A stretch of DNA of 64,000 nt, taken from contig JAZLIJ010000066.1 of the NCBI GenBank assembly GCA_045617325.1, forward strand, positions 1,787-65,786. Reading direction: 5' to 3'. Under the pieces are notes generated by a model. It made no database searches and was not told where the DNA came from. It saw only the letters and a list, made by a program, of their open reading frames with translations. Of this stretch, positions 19,624 through 30,494 are shown in pieces. Each line of letters starts with the position of its first letter. Position 1 is the stretch's first letter. The position numbers were made by a program, and so were the translations under genes. This DNA comes from Fibrobacter sp. Its GTDB lineage: Bacteria > Fibrobacterota > Fibrobacteria > Fibrobacterales > Fibrobacteraceae.

Positions 19624-20274
19624 TTAATTACCTTCTGGAACAAAATAAGTCGTCTGACCTGGGCATGCCGCAATAGCGTCCATGACCAATTTCAAATGAT
19701 TCTCGTTATGTGCAAAATCGATATTGTCCGTATTGATGATGAGTACAGGAGCATCGGCGTAATGCCAGAAATGATGGTCGTAACGGTCCTGCAAATCTTT
19801 TAAGTAATTCCCTTCGATGGATTTTTCCATGGAGCGACCGCGCCCCTTAATCCGATTCAAAAGCGTAGGCACGCTAGCCTGCAAATACACAATCATATCC
19901 GGCTTCGGCACCTCGTGAACCAGCGCGTGAGCCACCTGTTCGTACATAGTCAGTTCACTTTCCGAAAGGTTCTGGGCTGCAAAAATTCGATCTTTATCAA
20001 ATGTATAGTCGCAGACTAGAAGATTATGGAAGAGGTCACTCTGCAAGGCGGAATTCTGTAGTTGCTTATAACGATCGAGCAAAAAATAAAGCTGAGTCTG
20101 AAATGCGTAAGCTTCCTTATTCTCGTAAAACTTATTGAGAAAGGGATTCTCAGCAAAATTTTCTTCAACAAGCATGGCGCCCCATCGCTCGGCAAGAGCA
20201 TGCGCCAACGTGGTCTTTCCAACACCAATGACACCATCAATTGCCAAAAAATGAACGCCCTTATCGGTCAACAT
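19624..20274 (-). CDS. deoxynucleoside kinase
   Basis: P-loop IDGVIGVGKTTLA plus dNK family blocks ENPFLNKFY and FQTQLYFLLDRY. Confidence 0.8.
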   Translation of the reverse strand: MLTDKGVHFLAIDGVIGVGKTTLAHALAERWGAMLVEENFAENPFLNKFYENKEAYAFQTQLYFLLDRYKQLQNSALQSDLFHNLLVCDYTFDKDRIFAAQNLSESELTMYEQVAHALVHEVPKPDMIVYLQASVPTLLNRIKGRGRSMEKSIEGNYLKDLQDRYDHHFWHYADAPVLIINTDNIDFAHNENHLKLVMDAIAACPGQTTYFVPEGN

Positions 20275-20275
20275 C

Positions 20276-20788
20276 TCACGGTTCCTCTTCTTTTATGACA
20301 CGGAAAGGAATCTTTTTTTCTTTTTCCAAAAGATTCTTCAATAAATCAGCTACAGTCAAATGCGTTTTAGGATCAATCCAATCCGGAGCAATATCGTTCA
20401 AGGGGACAAGCACAAACTGCCTGTTGTAAATCTGCGGATGCGGTAAAGTCGGACGACCAGAAGTTTGCAATTCTGTTCCGTAAAAAAGCAAATCCAAATC
20501 AATTTCCCTCGAATTCCAGTGTCCACGAGCCTTACGTCCAAGGACCAATTCGGCCCCTTTCAAAAAATGCAAAAGACGCGTAGAATCGCCATTGTACCAA
20601 AAGCTCACCACTTGGTTGAAATAGGGACCCTGCCCCGCCGGTCCAACAGGCGGAGTTTCGTAAATAGGGCTTTCCAGCCAACCACCGGAAGAAACCTTTC
20701 GAAGCATATCCCTGCCAGCCGCCAAATTCGCCGACCGGTTTGGAAGATTGCTTCCTAAAGCCACAAAAACTCTTTCAAAAGAATTCAC
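20276..20788 (-). CDS. folK: 2-amino-4-hydroxy-6-hydroxymethyldihydropteridine diphosphokinase
   Basis: N-terminus VFVALGSNL, IDLDLLFYG and PHPQIYNRQFVLVPLNDIAP are typical of HPPK. Confidence 0.85.
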   Translation of the reverse strand: MNSFERVFVALGSNLPNRSANLAAGRDMLRKVSSGGWLESPIYETPPVGPAGQGPYFNQVVSFWYNGDSTRLLHFLKGAELVLGRKARGHWNSREIDLDLLFYGTELQTSGRPTLPHPQIYNRQFVLVPLNDIAPDWIDPKTHLTVADLLKNLLEKEKKIPFRVIKEEEP

Positions 20789-21078
20789 ATTTCAAATATA
20801 GCATTTTTTAAAAATTCATCCTTGAAAATACATTTAAGGTCTAAATATTTGACTTAGAACACATAAAAACGCAAAAAAAACATATTTTTCCTTAATTTTT
20901 ATAAAAAAAACATTAAAAATTATGACAATGCAAAAAATTTTATGTATTTTATGGGGCGTTCCGATTTAGGGATAAAAATTTCAATTTCATTTTGTGGCAA
21001 AATGCCCAAATTATTTTTTCAATAAAATTTTTCTAAACCATAAAATTATTTGTAGAAACATCTATACAGGACGCTATC

Positions 21079-23238
21079 GTGCCCAGAACAACTAAAAATC
21101 AAGATTCTGAACAAAATAACAAGCAACAATCTTTAGCCGACATTGTCTACCCTGAAAGCTCCGGAATACCGGTCCCGGAATACTTGGGTACAGCGGACCA
21201 GATTCCAAACGAAGCAGCCCCTACAGAACAGGCACAGCCCAAGCGCAAAATCAGAAAGCCCATGGTAAAGCCTGTTTCCAAAAGAAAGCCTCGTAGAGAC
21301 GCTGCATTTGCAGAACAGGAACAGGAGCAAATGCAGCCACGCGAGAACGACGGTTACAGAGTCGCCGATGGCATCGAAGCCGCCGAAAAAAGACTGGCAC
21401 AAGAACTTGGCGTTACCAATCTGAACGATGTTTCCGACACATTTATCGGTGGAATCCAGGCAAGTGCCGCCCCGCAGGCCGCACCATCTGCTGAAAATTT
21501 CGGCGGTAGCGAAGAAATCATTCCGCAGGCATCCTTCGCAAGCACACCGGACGAAGCCTCCGAGCCTCTTCCGTTCGCAGCAGCTCCGGCAGAACCGAGC
21601 GAAACAAGCGTCGAGACAAGCGCCGAAGCAAATGCAAATGGCGAAGCCGCCCCCGCCCCGCAGGCAGAAGCAAACGCTCAGCCCGCCGCCGAAAATGGTC
21701 AGGCACAGCCAAGCGAGAATCAGGAAGACCGCCGCTTCAACAACCAGAACGGTCGCTTCAACCAGAACGGAAGATTCAACAAGAACAACAAGTTCAACAA
21801 GAACAACCGCAGAAACTTCCAGCAGGAAGAATTCGTAGACGACTCCGCGACGCTTCCGCCTCCAGGCTCCGAGGCAATCCTCAAAGCAAAGCAGAACTGG
21901 CTCAAGTTCGGCAAGCTTTCCATGAGCGAACTCCAGGAACTAGCCTTGCAGAAGGAACTCGACTTCCGCAGAATGCGCAAGCAGTCGCTCAACTACATTT
22001 TGCAGAGCACCGAAAACGAAGGCAACATCATTTATACAGAGGGCGTCCTCGAAGTGACTCCGCAAGGCAACGGTTTCTTGCGCACTCCGGATTTGAACTA
22101 CCAGACGAGTTCCGACGACGTCTACGTAAGCCAGAACCTCATCCGCAAATTCAACCTCAAAATCGGCGACACCATCGAGGGCCTCGTCCGCACTCCGCGC
22201 GAAGGCGACAAGTACTTCTCCATGCGCCGTATCGACCGCGTAAACTTCGAGGAACCGGACAAGATGCGCCGTCGCGTCGCATTCGAATACCTGACGCCAA
22301 TTCACCCCGAAGAAAAGATTCATTTGGAATGGAACGAGGCGGAATACAGCACCCGCATCATGGACCTGTTCTCCCCCATCGGTAAAGGCCAGCGAAGCAT
22401 CATCCTCGCTCCTCCGCGTACCGGTAAGACAGTTCTCCTGCAGAACGTGACCCGCGCCATTGCGCAGAACCATCCCGAAATCATCCTCATTACGCTCCTC
22501 ATCGATGAACGTCCGGAAGAAGTCACCGAAATGCGCGACATCATCACGGACATCAAGGAACGCGCGGCAATCAAGGGCATCGACATCAGGGCCGAAGTGG
22601 TCGCCTCCACATTCGACGAACCGCCAGAACACCACACCCGCGTGGCGAACATGGTTCTCGAAAAGGCGAAGCGTCTCGTCGAAAGCCAGAAGGACGTGGT
22701 CATTTTGCTTGACTCCATCACCCGTTTTGCACGCGCGAACAACGTCGTCATTCCGCATTCCGGCAAGATTCTCTCCGGCGGTGTGGATGCAAACGCCATG
22801 CAGTTCCCGAAGAAGTTCTTCGGCGCAGCCCGCAAGATTCAGGACAAGATTCGCGTCATCAAGAACGAGGACGGAACCGAGACCGAGGAAATCCAGAAGA
22901 ACGGCTCCCTCACCATCATCGGCACGGCCCTTATCGAAACAGGCAGCCGCATGGACGAAGTGATTTTCGAAGAATTCAAGGGTACCGGCAACATGGAACT
23001 CGTGCTCGACCGCCGCATCGCAGAAAAGCGCATCTGGCCAGCCATTGACGTGTTCAAGTCCGGCACCCGAAAAGAGGAACGACTGCTCTCGCTTCTGGAA
23101 CAAAACGCCGCCTGGAACTTCAGACGCGGAAGCCAGAACGAGACAGAAACCGGCATCATGGAAAACCTTCTCAAGCTCATGGGCAAGCTCAAGACAAACG
23201 CGGAACTTTTGGCAGTTCTTTCAAAGCCGAAGGTTTAA
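21079..23238 (+). CDS. rho: transcription termination factor Rho with ~270 aa N-terminal low-complexity extension
   Basis: GTG start. The C-terminal ~450 aa are canonical Rho: Rho_N LSMSELQELALQ, RNA-binding GFLR...YVSQNLIRKFNLKIGD, Walker A APPRTGKT, and DSITRFARA. The N-terminal part is A/P/E/Q-rich and includes RRFNNQNGRFNQNGRFNKNNKFNKNNRRNF. Confidence 0.95.
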   Translation: MPRTTKNQDSEQNNKQQSLADIVYPESSGIPVPEYLGTADQIPNEAAPTEQAQPKRKIRKPMVKPVSKRKPRRDAAFAEQEQEQMQPRENDGYRVADGIEAAEKRLAQELGVTNLNDVSDTFIGGIQASAAPQAAPSAENFGGSEEIIPQASFASTPDEASEPLPFAAAPAEPSETSVETSAEANANGEAAPAPQAEANAQPAAENGQAQPSENQEDRRFNNQNGRFNQNGRFNKNNKFNKNNRRNFQQEEFVDDSATLPPPGSEAILKAKQNWLKFGKLSMSELQELALQKELDFRRMRKQSLNYILQSTENEGNIIYTEGVLEVTPQGNGFLRTPDLNYQTSSDDVYVSQNLIRKFNLKIGDTIEGLVRTPREGDKYFSMRRIDRVNFEEPDKMRRRVAFEYLTPIHPEEKIHLEWNEAEYSTRIMDLFSPIGKGQRSIILAPPRTGKTVLLQNVTRAIAQNHPEIILITLLIDERPEEVTEMRDIITDIKERAAIKGIDIRAEVVASTFDEPPEHHTRVANMVLEKAKRLVESQKDVVILLDSITRFARANNVVIPHSGKILSGGVDANAMQFPKKFFGAARKIQDKIRVIKNEDGTETEEIQKNGSLTIIGTALIETGSRMDEVIFEEFKGTGNMELVLDRRIAEKRIWPAIDVFKSGTRKEERLLSLLEQNAAWNFRRGSQNETETGIMENLLKLMGKLKTNAELLAVLSKPKV

Positions 23239-23248
23239 CGAACATTTG

Positions 23249-23285
23249 CGGCGGCAAGGCAACCAAAAGCCTTCCGCCTTTTTTA
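23249..23285 (+). terminator. rho-independent terminator after rho
   Basis: CGGCGGCAAGGC ... GCCTTCCGCC stem (one bulge) followed by TTTTTT. Confidence 0.6.
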
Positions 23286-23494
23286 CATTTTGCACGCTCC
23301 ACAAAGTCTCCCTGGACCCTATCAGTCACACAACGCCCTCCAGGGTGACTGAAGCGATAGAAGCCAAAACGATGTTCACCGCAACGTCATCTTGGAACCG
23401 GTCGTCCAGGAGCGAAGCGATAAGAGCCAAAAGAAGCATTTTTTATTATTATCAACACTTTGATAAACAGAGTCTATTTTTAAAGGATATAAAT

Positions 23495-24295
23495 ATGAAG
23501 ATTTTCTTTGCAGGTACAGGCAACATGGGCGGCGCGATTCTCCGCGGACTTTTGAACGCTGGAACACAAGCCCAGGATATTTACTTTCTCGACCCAAGCG
23601 ATAAGGCTGCAGAAGCTGTAACGGCACTCGGCTGCGTTCGCGTCAACACCTTTGCAGAAGGAGTCGGAAATGCCGACGTCACGTTCCTCTGCGTGAAGCC
23701 GCAGATTTTCAAGCTTGTTTCCGCCGAATGGAAAAAAGCGACTGCATCAATCGAAACGACGAAGACTTTCATCAGCATCATGGCGGGTGTTGCTCGCAAG
23801 AGCCTCGTCGAAGTCCTCGGAGACAAGAACCAGGTGCTCCGCGTAATGCCGAACCTCCCCCTCACCGTCGGCAAGGGTTCCGTCGGCCTCGCAACAGACG
23901 GAGTCTCCGAAGAAACGCTCAAGCTTGCTGAAAAAATCTTTGGCAACATCGGTGTCACCTGCCGCGTCGCAGAATCGCTCATCGATGCTGTCACGGGACT
24001 TTCCGGCAGCACTCCTGCTTACGTCTTTGAATTCATCGAAGGCCTCACTCGCGGCGGCGTAAAAGCTGGCCTCACCCGCGATGTCGCTCTCAAGCTCGCC
24101 CTCGGCACCATCGAAGGCAGCGTCGAACTCGTGAAGCAGACCGGTAAGAGTCCATGCGACTTGTGCGCCATGGTCTGCTCTCCGGCAGGTACGACAATTG
24201 CAGGTATCGACGCTCTCGAAGAAGGCGCATTCCGCAGCACGCTCATCAAGGCCGTTGTCGCCGGCACCGAACGCAGCAAGGAACTGGGGAAATAG
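23495..24295 (+). CDS. proC: pyrroline-5-carboxylate reductase
   Basis: Start at MKIFFAGTGNMGGAIL (Rossmann GxGxxG), inside the longer ORF 23045-24295. P5CR C-terminal block SPAGTTIAGIDALEEG. Confidence 0.9.
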   Translation: MKIFFAGTGNMGGAILRGLLNAGTQAQDIYFLDPSDKAAEAVTALGCVRVNTFAEGVGNADVTFLCVKPQIFKLVSAEWKKATASIETTKTFISIMAGVARKSLVEVLGDKNQVLRVMPNLPLTVGKGSVGLATDGVSEETLKLAEKIFGNIGVTCRVAESLIDAVTGLSGSTPAYVFEFIEGLTRGGVKAGLTRDVALKLALGTIEGSVELVKQTGKSPCDLCAMVCSPAGTTIAGIDALEEGAFRSTLIKAVVAGTERSKELGK

Positions 24296-25008
24296 GGGCT
24301 AGTGGTTGGTGGCTAGTGGTTCGTAAGCAGGATTAGTTTGGCGGCTGCGCCGCGTGGGTTGTTGCCGCGAGATGCATTTGCGATGCGGCGTTAAATCTGC
24401 GGATGTAGGGGCTAGTGGCTAGAGGCTAGGTTCTAGGGTGGAGAGTGGCGCCTTCGGCGCAGGTTTACTCAGCTGCGAGATGCAGTAGGGATGCAACTTG
24501 CGCATTTTCCTGCACACCCCCCTTCCACGTCATCGCGAGCCTGCCTGTCAGCGGGCAGGGAGCGAATGCGATTTACGCATCTTTCAGCATTCCCCCCCAT
24601 CCACGTCATTGCGAGCCTGCCTGTCGGCGGGCAGGGAGCGACGCGACGAAGCAATCTCTTGAGGCTGTTGTTTAATTATAAGTTATGAATTACGAGACGC
24701 TTTAGAGTCGCATCAATAAACTGCAAGACCCTCAATCAAGTCGAGGGAGACAAAGAGGAAAAAAAACTCAAACCCTAATCCGCGCATTTCTAGATGCAAC
24801 CATCCTTAAGCCCAAATTCTACGCCTACAGATTCATAGCGACATGCACAACCAATCTCATAATTTATAATTTATAGTTCATAATTGTTCATTGCACAATC
24901 GCTTCGCTCTTGTGCCAAATGCTGGCCTCGGTCATGTCCGTGCAAGCACGGCCGCGACACTCGACCTACGCATTTGTGTTAATTGTTCATTGTTAATTGT
25001 TAATTGTC
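24296..25008. repeat. mosaic intergenic element cluster D
   Basis: Starts at the proC stop and ends 1 nt before the ATG at 25010. Heptamer arrays at 24298-24322, 24411-24438, 24674-24696, 24856-24897 and 24974-25008. Two tandem copies of module CACGTCAT(C/T)GCGAGCCTGCCTGTC(A/G)GCGGGCAGGGAGCGA lie at about 24523-24570 and 24601-24650. Also carries TTAAATCTGCGG at 24391-24402. Confidence 0.85.
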
Positions 25009-25009
25009 C

Positions 25010-26323
<1,314 letters not shown>

Positions 26324-26333
26324 CAAACTTCTG

Positions 26334-27269
26334 CTATTTTCGCTTTTCTCGCGGATGGAACTGCCGATGTTCCAATTTTATAAAATCTTTATCGATATGC
26401 GTATAAATTTGTGTTGTACTGATATCGGCGTGCCCAAGCAATTCCTGCAATACACGAAGATCCATGCCTGCTTCTAGGCAATGCGTCGCGAAACTATGCC
26501 GAAACGTATGTGGTGAGACTTGCTTAGACAAGTGCTGCGTATGTTGCTGGACTATTTTCCATGCCCCCATGCGACTCATCGGCTTTCCGCGAGAATTTAG
26601 AATAACATTATCCGTACAAGGTTGCGTCAGCGGACGTCCTTCTTCAAGCCAAACCCGCAAATTATCTTTTGCCTTGCTTCCAAGCGGAACGAGACGCTGT
26701 TTGTTCCCCTTGCCAATCGGCAAAAGCCATTCATTTTCCAAATCCAGCTGAGAAACTTTGATATCAAGCGTTTCGGAAATACGAAGTCCGGCGCTGTACA
26801 TGAGCTCAAAAAGAGCGGTATCACGCAAAGGATTTTTTCCATTTGCAGCGCTTTCGAAAACACTGTCAACTTCCTCACACGTCAGAAATTCTGGGAGATA
26901 TCGACCTAGTTTCGGATTTGCAAGCATCGATTCGGTACTATAGTCATACTCGCCCTGATTTTGCATATACTTGAGAAATCCACGGAGGCTTGAAAAATGT
27001 CTAGCTACGCTTGTAGCCGCATAAAAGCCATCGTCATCAGCTCCCTTTTTAAATACAGTTTTTTTTTCAATAATACGCCCTGCCATCCAAGTTAAAAATT
27101 CATCCAATACAGGTGGCGTCAATTCTTTTAAATCTAATTTTCGATTATCAAGCCATGCTATAAAATGACGCAAATCTTCCTGGTAGCTTTGGATTGTCTT
27201 GGGTGAAAGACTACGTTCCACTCCTAAATGCGAAAGGTAAGCATCAAGTCGATTCGAATTAAGACTCAT
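26334..27269 (-). CDS. site-specific tyrosine recombinase, XerC/XerD family
   Basis: SAM-like N-domain (LSPKTIQSYQEDLRHF). Catalytic region RISE...HTFRHSFATHCLEAGMDLRVLQELLGHADISTTQIYTH, carrying the R..HxxR..Y signature. Confidence 0.85.
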   Translation of the reverse strand: MSLNSNRLDAYLSHLGVERSLSPKTIQSYQEDLRHFIAWLDNRKLDLKELTPPVLDEFLTWMAGRIIEKKTVFKKGADDDGFYAATSVARHFSSLRGFLKYMQNQGEYDYSTESMLANPKLGRYLPEFLTCEEVDSVFESAANGKNPLRDTALFELMYSAGLRISETLDIKVSQLDLENEWLLPIGKGNKQRLVPLGSKAKDNLRVWLEEGRPLTQPCTDNVILNSRGKPMSRMGAWKIVQQHTQHLSKQVSPHTFRHSFATHCLEAGMDLRVLQELLGHADISTTQIYTHIDKDFIKLEHRQFHPREKRK

Positions 27270-27286
27270 ACAACAAATTTACTTTA

Positions 27287-28039
27287 TCAAAAAGAAACCT
27301 TGTACATTTTCGGCCAAAGCTTCCCGGTAATCCAGAAATTCTTGCCGTCGTAGGCGATGCCGTTCAACACGTCAATTTCCGGATACTTCGCACGCAATTC
27401 GCGGGCCTTCTTCGAAAAATCAAGATACTTGATGACGTCGCCACTCGGAAGGCTGATGACAGCAATCAAATCAGTCTGCCACACATTCGCATACAAAGTA
27501 TCGCCGACCGTTTCCAATTCATTCAGCAATTTCAGCGGACGCCCCGCATCCTTGACGCGGATAATTCCCGTAACATAAAAGCCGCTCGGAGAAATGCGCA
27601 AAAGTTCATCGGAGCCGTTGCTCATCAGAAGTTCGTCGCGCCACAGCGAGAGCCCCCAGCCTTCCGTCGGAATGCGGAATTCGCCTTTCAGCTTGAACGG
27701 CCTGCGGTTATAGATGAAAGCCTTGTGCGATTTCCAGGTCAAGTAGAAAATATCGTCGCCAAGAATCACGGAACCTTCGCCAAAGTAACGTTCCTCAAGA
27801 CGCGCAGAATCAAGAACTTTCCCTTTCAACGTGCAGCGATACAGCCCCGATTTTCCATAAAGACCAGTCGTCTCAATCAAGTCGTTCCCGTCAAAGGTCA
27901 ACCCCTGCGTAAATCGAGAAGTCTCATGAGCCACAGAATCGAGAATCACAGGTTCCACACGCGGAGTCTGCGAAAACGCCTCCGGAGCAAGAACCAAGCA
28001 TGTAAAAAGCACAGCTAAAAAGGGAATTTTCTTAAACAT
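27287..28039 (-). CDS. glutaminyl-peptide cyclotransferase (plant/bacterial beta-propeller type), secreted
   Basis: Signal peptide; blocks FTQGLTFDGNDLIETTGLYGKSGL, EGWGL and LNGIAYDGKNFWITGKLWP. Confidence 0.75.
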   Translation of the reverse strand: MFKKIPFLAVLFTCLVLAPEAFSQTPRVEPVILDSVAHETSRFTQGLTFDGNDLIETTGLYGKSGLYRCTLKGKVLDSARLEERYFGEGSVILGDDIFYLTWKSHKAFIYNRRPFKLKGEFRIPTEGWGLSLWRDELLMSNGSDELLRISPSGFYVTGIIRVKDAGRPLKLLNELETVGDTLYANVWQTDLIAVISLPSGDVIKYLDFSKKARELRAKYPEIDVLNGIAYDGKNFWITGKLWPKMYKVSF

Positions 28040-28130
28040 GGATTAAAAATAGAATTAGTAGATAATAGACAGCAGAAAGTAAAAAGCATAGCGGCGGTAA
28101 AACGCCTGCAAATTTTCTACATTTGCGCGC

Positions 28131-28697
28131 ATGGGCGCAATCAAGGAACCTGCAAAGGTCAAAATTATTGTAGGCATCTTGGCAAAAGATGCCGCTGCCG
28201 TGGAAAACGTTCGAGCCACGCTTCGAGAAAAATTCGGCGAGGAAGACTTCAACCTCCCCCCGTTCCCGTTCACGTTCACAAACTATTACAAGGAAGAAAT
28301 CGGCGAAGCCCCCGTGCGCGCCTTTTTCAGCTACGAGCAGCTCGTGGACCGCACCGAAATCGTCGATATCAAACTTTGGACAAACGACGTGGAACTGCAA
28401 ATCGCCGAAGCCGCAGGAACTCCCGGATTACGTCCCGTGAACCTCGACCCCGGCTACATGACGCTAGGCCAGTTTTTCCTCGCGACAACCAAGGACCAGC
28501 GACAGCGCGTCTACATGCAGCGCGGCATTTTCGTCGAACCGACGCTCTACTTTCAGGACGGACATTTCCACCACTTCGACTGGACCTACCGCGACTATCA
28601 AAGCGAGTCCTACATCAAGTACTTGGAAGAAGTGCGCAAGCGCCTCGCCTACCAACACACCACAGGGAAACCGTACAATAAGAGAAATGAAGGATGA
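28131..28697 (+). CDS. DUF4416-like protein
   Basis: N-terminal KVKIIVGIL and PFPFTFTNYYKEEIG blocks recalled from the DUF4416 family; not verifiable here. Confidence 0.5.
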   Translation: MGAIKEPAKVKIIVGILAKDAAAVENVRATLREKFGEEDFNLPPFPFTFTNYYKEEIGEAPVRAFFSYEQLVDRTEIVDIKLWTNDVELQIAEAAGTPGLRPVNLDPGYMTLGQFFLATTKDQRQRVYMQRGIFVEPTLYFQDGHFHHFDWTYRDYQSESYIKYLEEVRKRLAYQHTTGKPYNKRNEG

Positions 28698-28839
28698 AGG
28701 ATGAAAAACGAATCTTTTGATTTTTCTCATTTTGTTTACTCTACGGCGTAGCCGTCATTATTTACATCTTTCATTTTTCACCTTTCACTTTTCATTTTCA
28801 AAAAAAAATACAACCTGCCCCCAGAAATCTCAAACCTAT

Positions 28840-29211
28840 ATGAAAGCTGGAATTTTTACAATTCTCCTTCTCTGCTGCTCCAACGTATTCATGACATTCG
28901 CCTGGTACGGCAACTTAAAGCTCAAGGAAATGCACATCAGCACCGACTGGCCGCTGATTCTCGTCATCCTCGCCTCATGGGGCGTCGCCCTTCTAGAATA
29001 CAGCTTCATGATTCCTGCGAACAACATCGGCAGCCGCATCAACGGCGGCCCTTTCAGCCTAATGCAGCTGAAAATCATCCAGGAAGCCATTTCGATTACC
29101 GTATTCACGACGATTGCAGTGACCGTTTTCCACACCGAGACGCTGCAATGGAATCACATTGTCGCATTTCTCTTCATCATCGGAGCGGTTTTCTTCGCCT
29201 TCTTGAAGTAA
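28840..29211 (+). CDS. small DMT-superfamily membrane protein (DUF486-like)
   Basis: Start at MKAGIFTILLLCCSNVFMTFAWYGNLK (codon 42 of ORF 28717-29211). Four hydrophobic helices in 123 aa. Confidence 0.6.
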   Translation: MKAGIFTILLLCCSNVFMTFAWYGNLKLKEMHISTDWPLILVILASWGVALLEYSFMIPANNIGSRINGGPFSLMQLKIIQEAISITVFTTIAVTVFHTETLQWNHIVAFLFIIGAVFFAFLK

Positions 29212-29244
29212 AAAAATGGCGGCACCCCACCACAGGATGCCGCC
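29210..29244 (-). terminator. rho-independent terminator after lipoprotein gene 29271-30494
   Basis: Stem GGCGGCA (29218-29224) / TGCCGCC (29238-29244). The plus-strand A-run 29211-29216 gives a U-tract on the minus RNA. Confidence 0.6.
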
Positions 29245-29270
29245 TCCCTATGCACCAATGCACCAAACTT

Positions 29271-30494
29271 TCATCGGCCTAAGTTCGGCCAATCCGTAGC
29301 GGAGATGCCGACGATTCCGATATTGTCCAAGTAGAACTCCACATCTTCGGTCGCGACGAAGTTGATCGAATTCACATGGTCGAATGTAGCGCCCGCATTT
29401 CTAGCTTCAAATTCCGCAGGCGTTACAGTAAACTTCTGCCACTCATCAGTCAATTCCACAGGCACGCTGTAGAAAGCCTGATTTCCATCTTCGTCCATGC
29501 AAGTCAATTGCAGATAAATGCTGTTATTTCCTTTCGCATAGAACGTGATTGCCTTCATCGCACTCAAGTCGTAGAACGAAGGTACCGTATCGTTCACATA
29601 GAAGAAGTCATTTCCTAGCGTAAATCCCGAGGAGATGTAGCGTGTATCGAACGTCTCGTCCATATCCAGAATCACATGGAAACTCGAGCCGCTGTACGCG
29701 CCGTCCTTCGTCAAGATTTCATCGTCCCACACGCCCGCATTGGAACGGCTCTTGCCACCTTGAGCTGAATCCGTGCTGAGGAACCACCAGCCCTCGCCAA
29801 AAGTCTGCCCGAGAATGGTACGGCGGCGGCTCCAGTTTTCAAAATTTTCCACCAGGATAAAATCTTCTTCGACAATCTCCAAGGTGTTGAATACACCCGC
29901 TTCCACCTGGAACGAATGAACTCCGGTAGCGGTTTCCACAAAGGCGTAATAGACACCAACAGGAACGTTCTCGAATTCAAAATTGCCAGAAGCATCCGTT
30001 TTCACGTCCCTATCAAGCAACTTGATATTCGTATTCTTCAACACCTTTCCAGATTTCGAAATGTGACCGGAAAGTTTCAGCGAGCTATCCAAAGTCACAT
30101 TCACTTTTTCAGCGATATGCCCAATCCATTTCAAGGCAGAAAGCGAATCACCCGCAGAAACTTCCAGAAATCGATTCTTCAACGCATTCGTATCAACAGC
30201 AATGCGTCCCTGTTCATCAGTGCTGCCGTTCCATTCGAGCGCTAACGAATCATGCTGCAAACTCCACAGACGAGCACCAGCGCGGGCATACGCCTTGCCG
30301 GCATTATCCTTCGCGAAAACGAACACCTCGTTCGAGGCGATTTCGCTTTCACCTGCATTGCTGCCCGTGCCATTCGCCACATCCGACGAAGAACACGCAA
30401 AGCAAGCGGCAGAAATTGCAGCCACGACAAGCGGTTTCGCCTTTGCAACAGCGAATTTCGAAAGAGCAAGGACACTAACACACCCCAAATGCAT
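29271..30494 (-). CDS. lipoprotein with carboxypeptidase-regulatory-like domains and C-terminal CBM-like module
   Basis: Preferred start is MHLGCVSVLA...ISAACFACSSS (lipobox), whose ATG overlaps the upstream TGA (TGATG, 30492-30496). Contains TDASGNFEFENVPVGVYYAFVE and FILVENFENW ... ITFYAKGN ... EFYLDNIGIV. Confidence 0.65.
   Translation of the reverse strand: MHLGCVSVLALSKFAVAKAKPLVVAAISAACFACSSSDVANGTGSNAGESEIASNEVFVFAKDNAGKAYARAGARLWSLQHDSLALEWNGSTDEQGRIAVDTNALKNRFLEVSAGDSLSALKWIGHIAEKVNVTLDSSLKLSGHISKSGKVLKNTNIKLLDRDVKTDASGNFEFENVPVGVYYAFVETATGVHSFQVEAGVFNTLEIVEEDFILVENFENWSRRRTILGQTFGEGWWFLSTDSAQGGKSRSNAGVWDDEILTKDGAYSGSSFHVILDMDETFDTRYISSGFTLGNDFFYVNDTVPSFYDLSAMKAITFYAKGNNSIYLQLTCMDEDGNQAFYSVPVELTDEWQKFTVTPAEFEARNAGATFDHVNSINFVATEDVEFYLDNIGIVGISATDWPNLGR

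Noticed and set aside
21940-23103. 387 aa minus-strand ORF inside rho
   Set aside because: It is antisense to an unambiguous rho gene. Its composition is rich in A/V/R/H/G/F, typical of shadow frames, and it has no motif.
23045-23494. 150-codon N-terminal extension of the proC ORF
   Set aside because: It overlaps the rho 3' end and terminator. It has low-complexity R/S/T-rich composition, and the canonical Rossmann N-terminus starts at ATG 23495.
26334-27269. Tyrosine recombinase as the integrase of a mobile element or genomic island
   Set aside because: There is no adjacent tRNA, att-like direct repeats, excisionase or phage genes. The neighbours are ordinary metabolic genes, and the sequence fits a housekeeping XerC/XerD.
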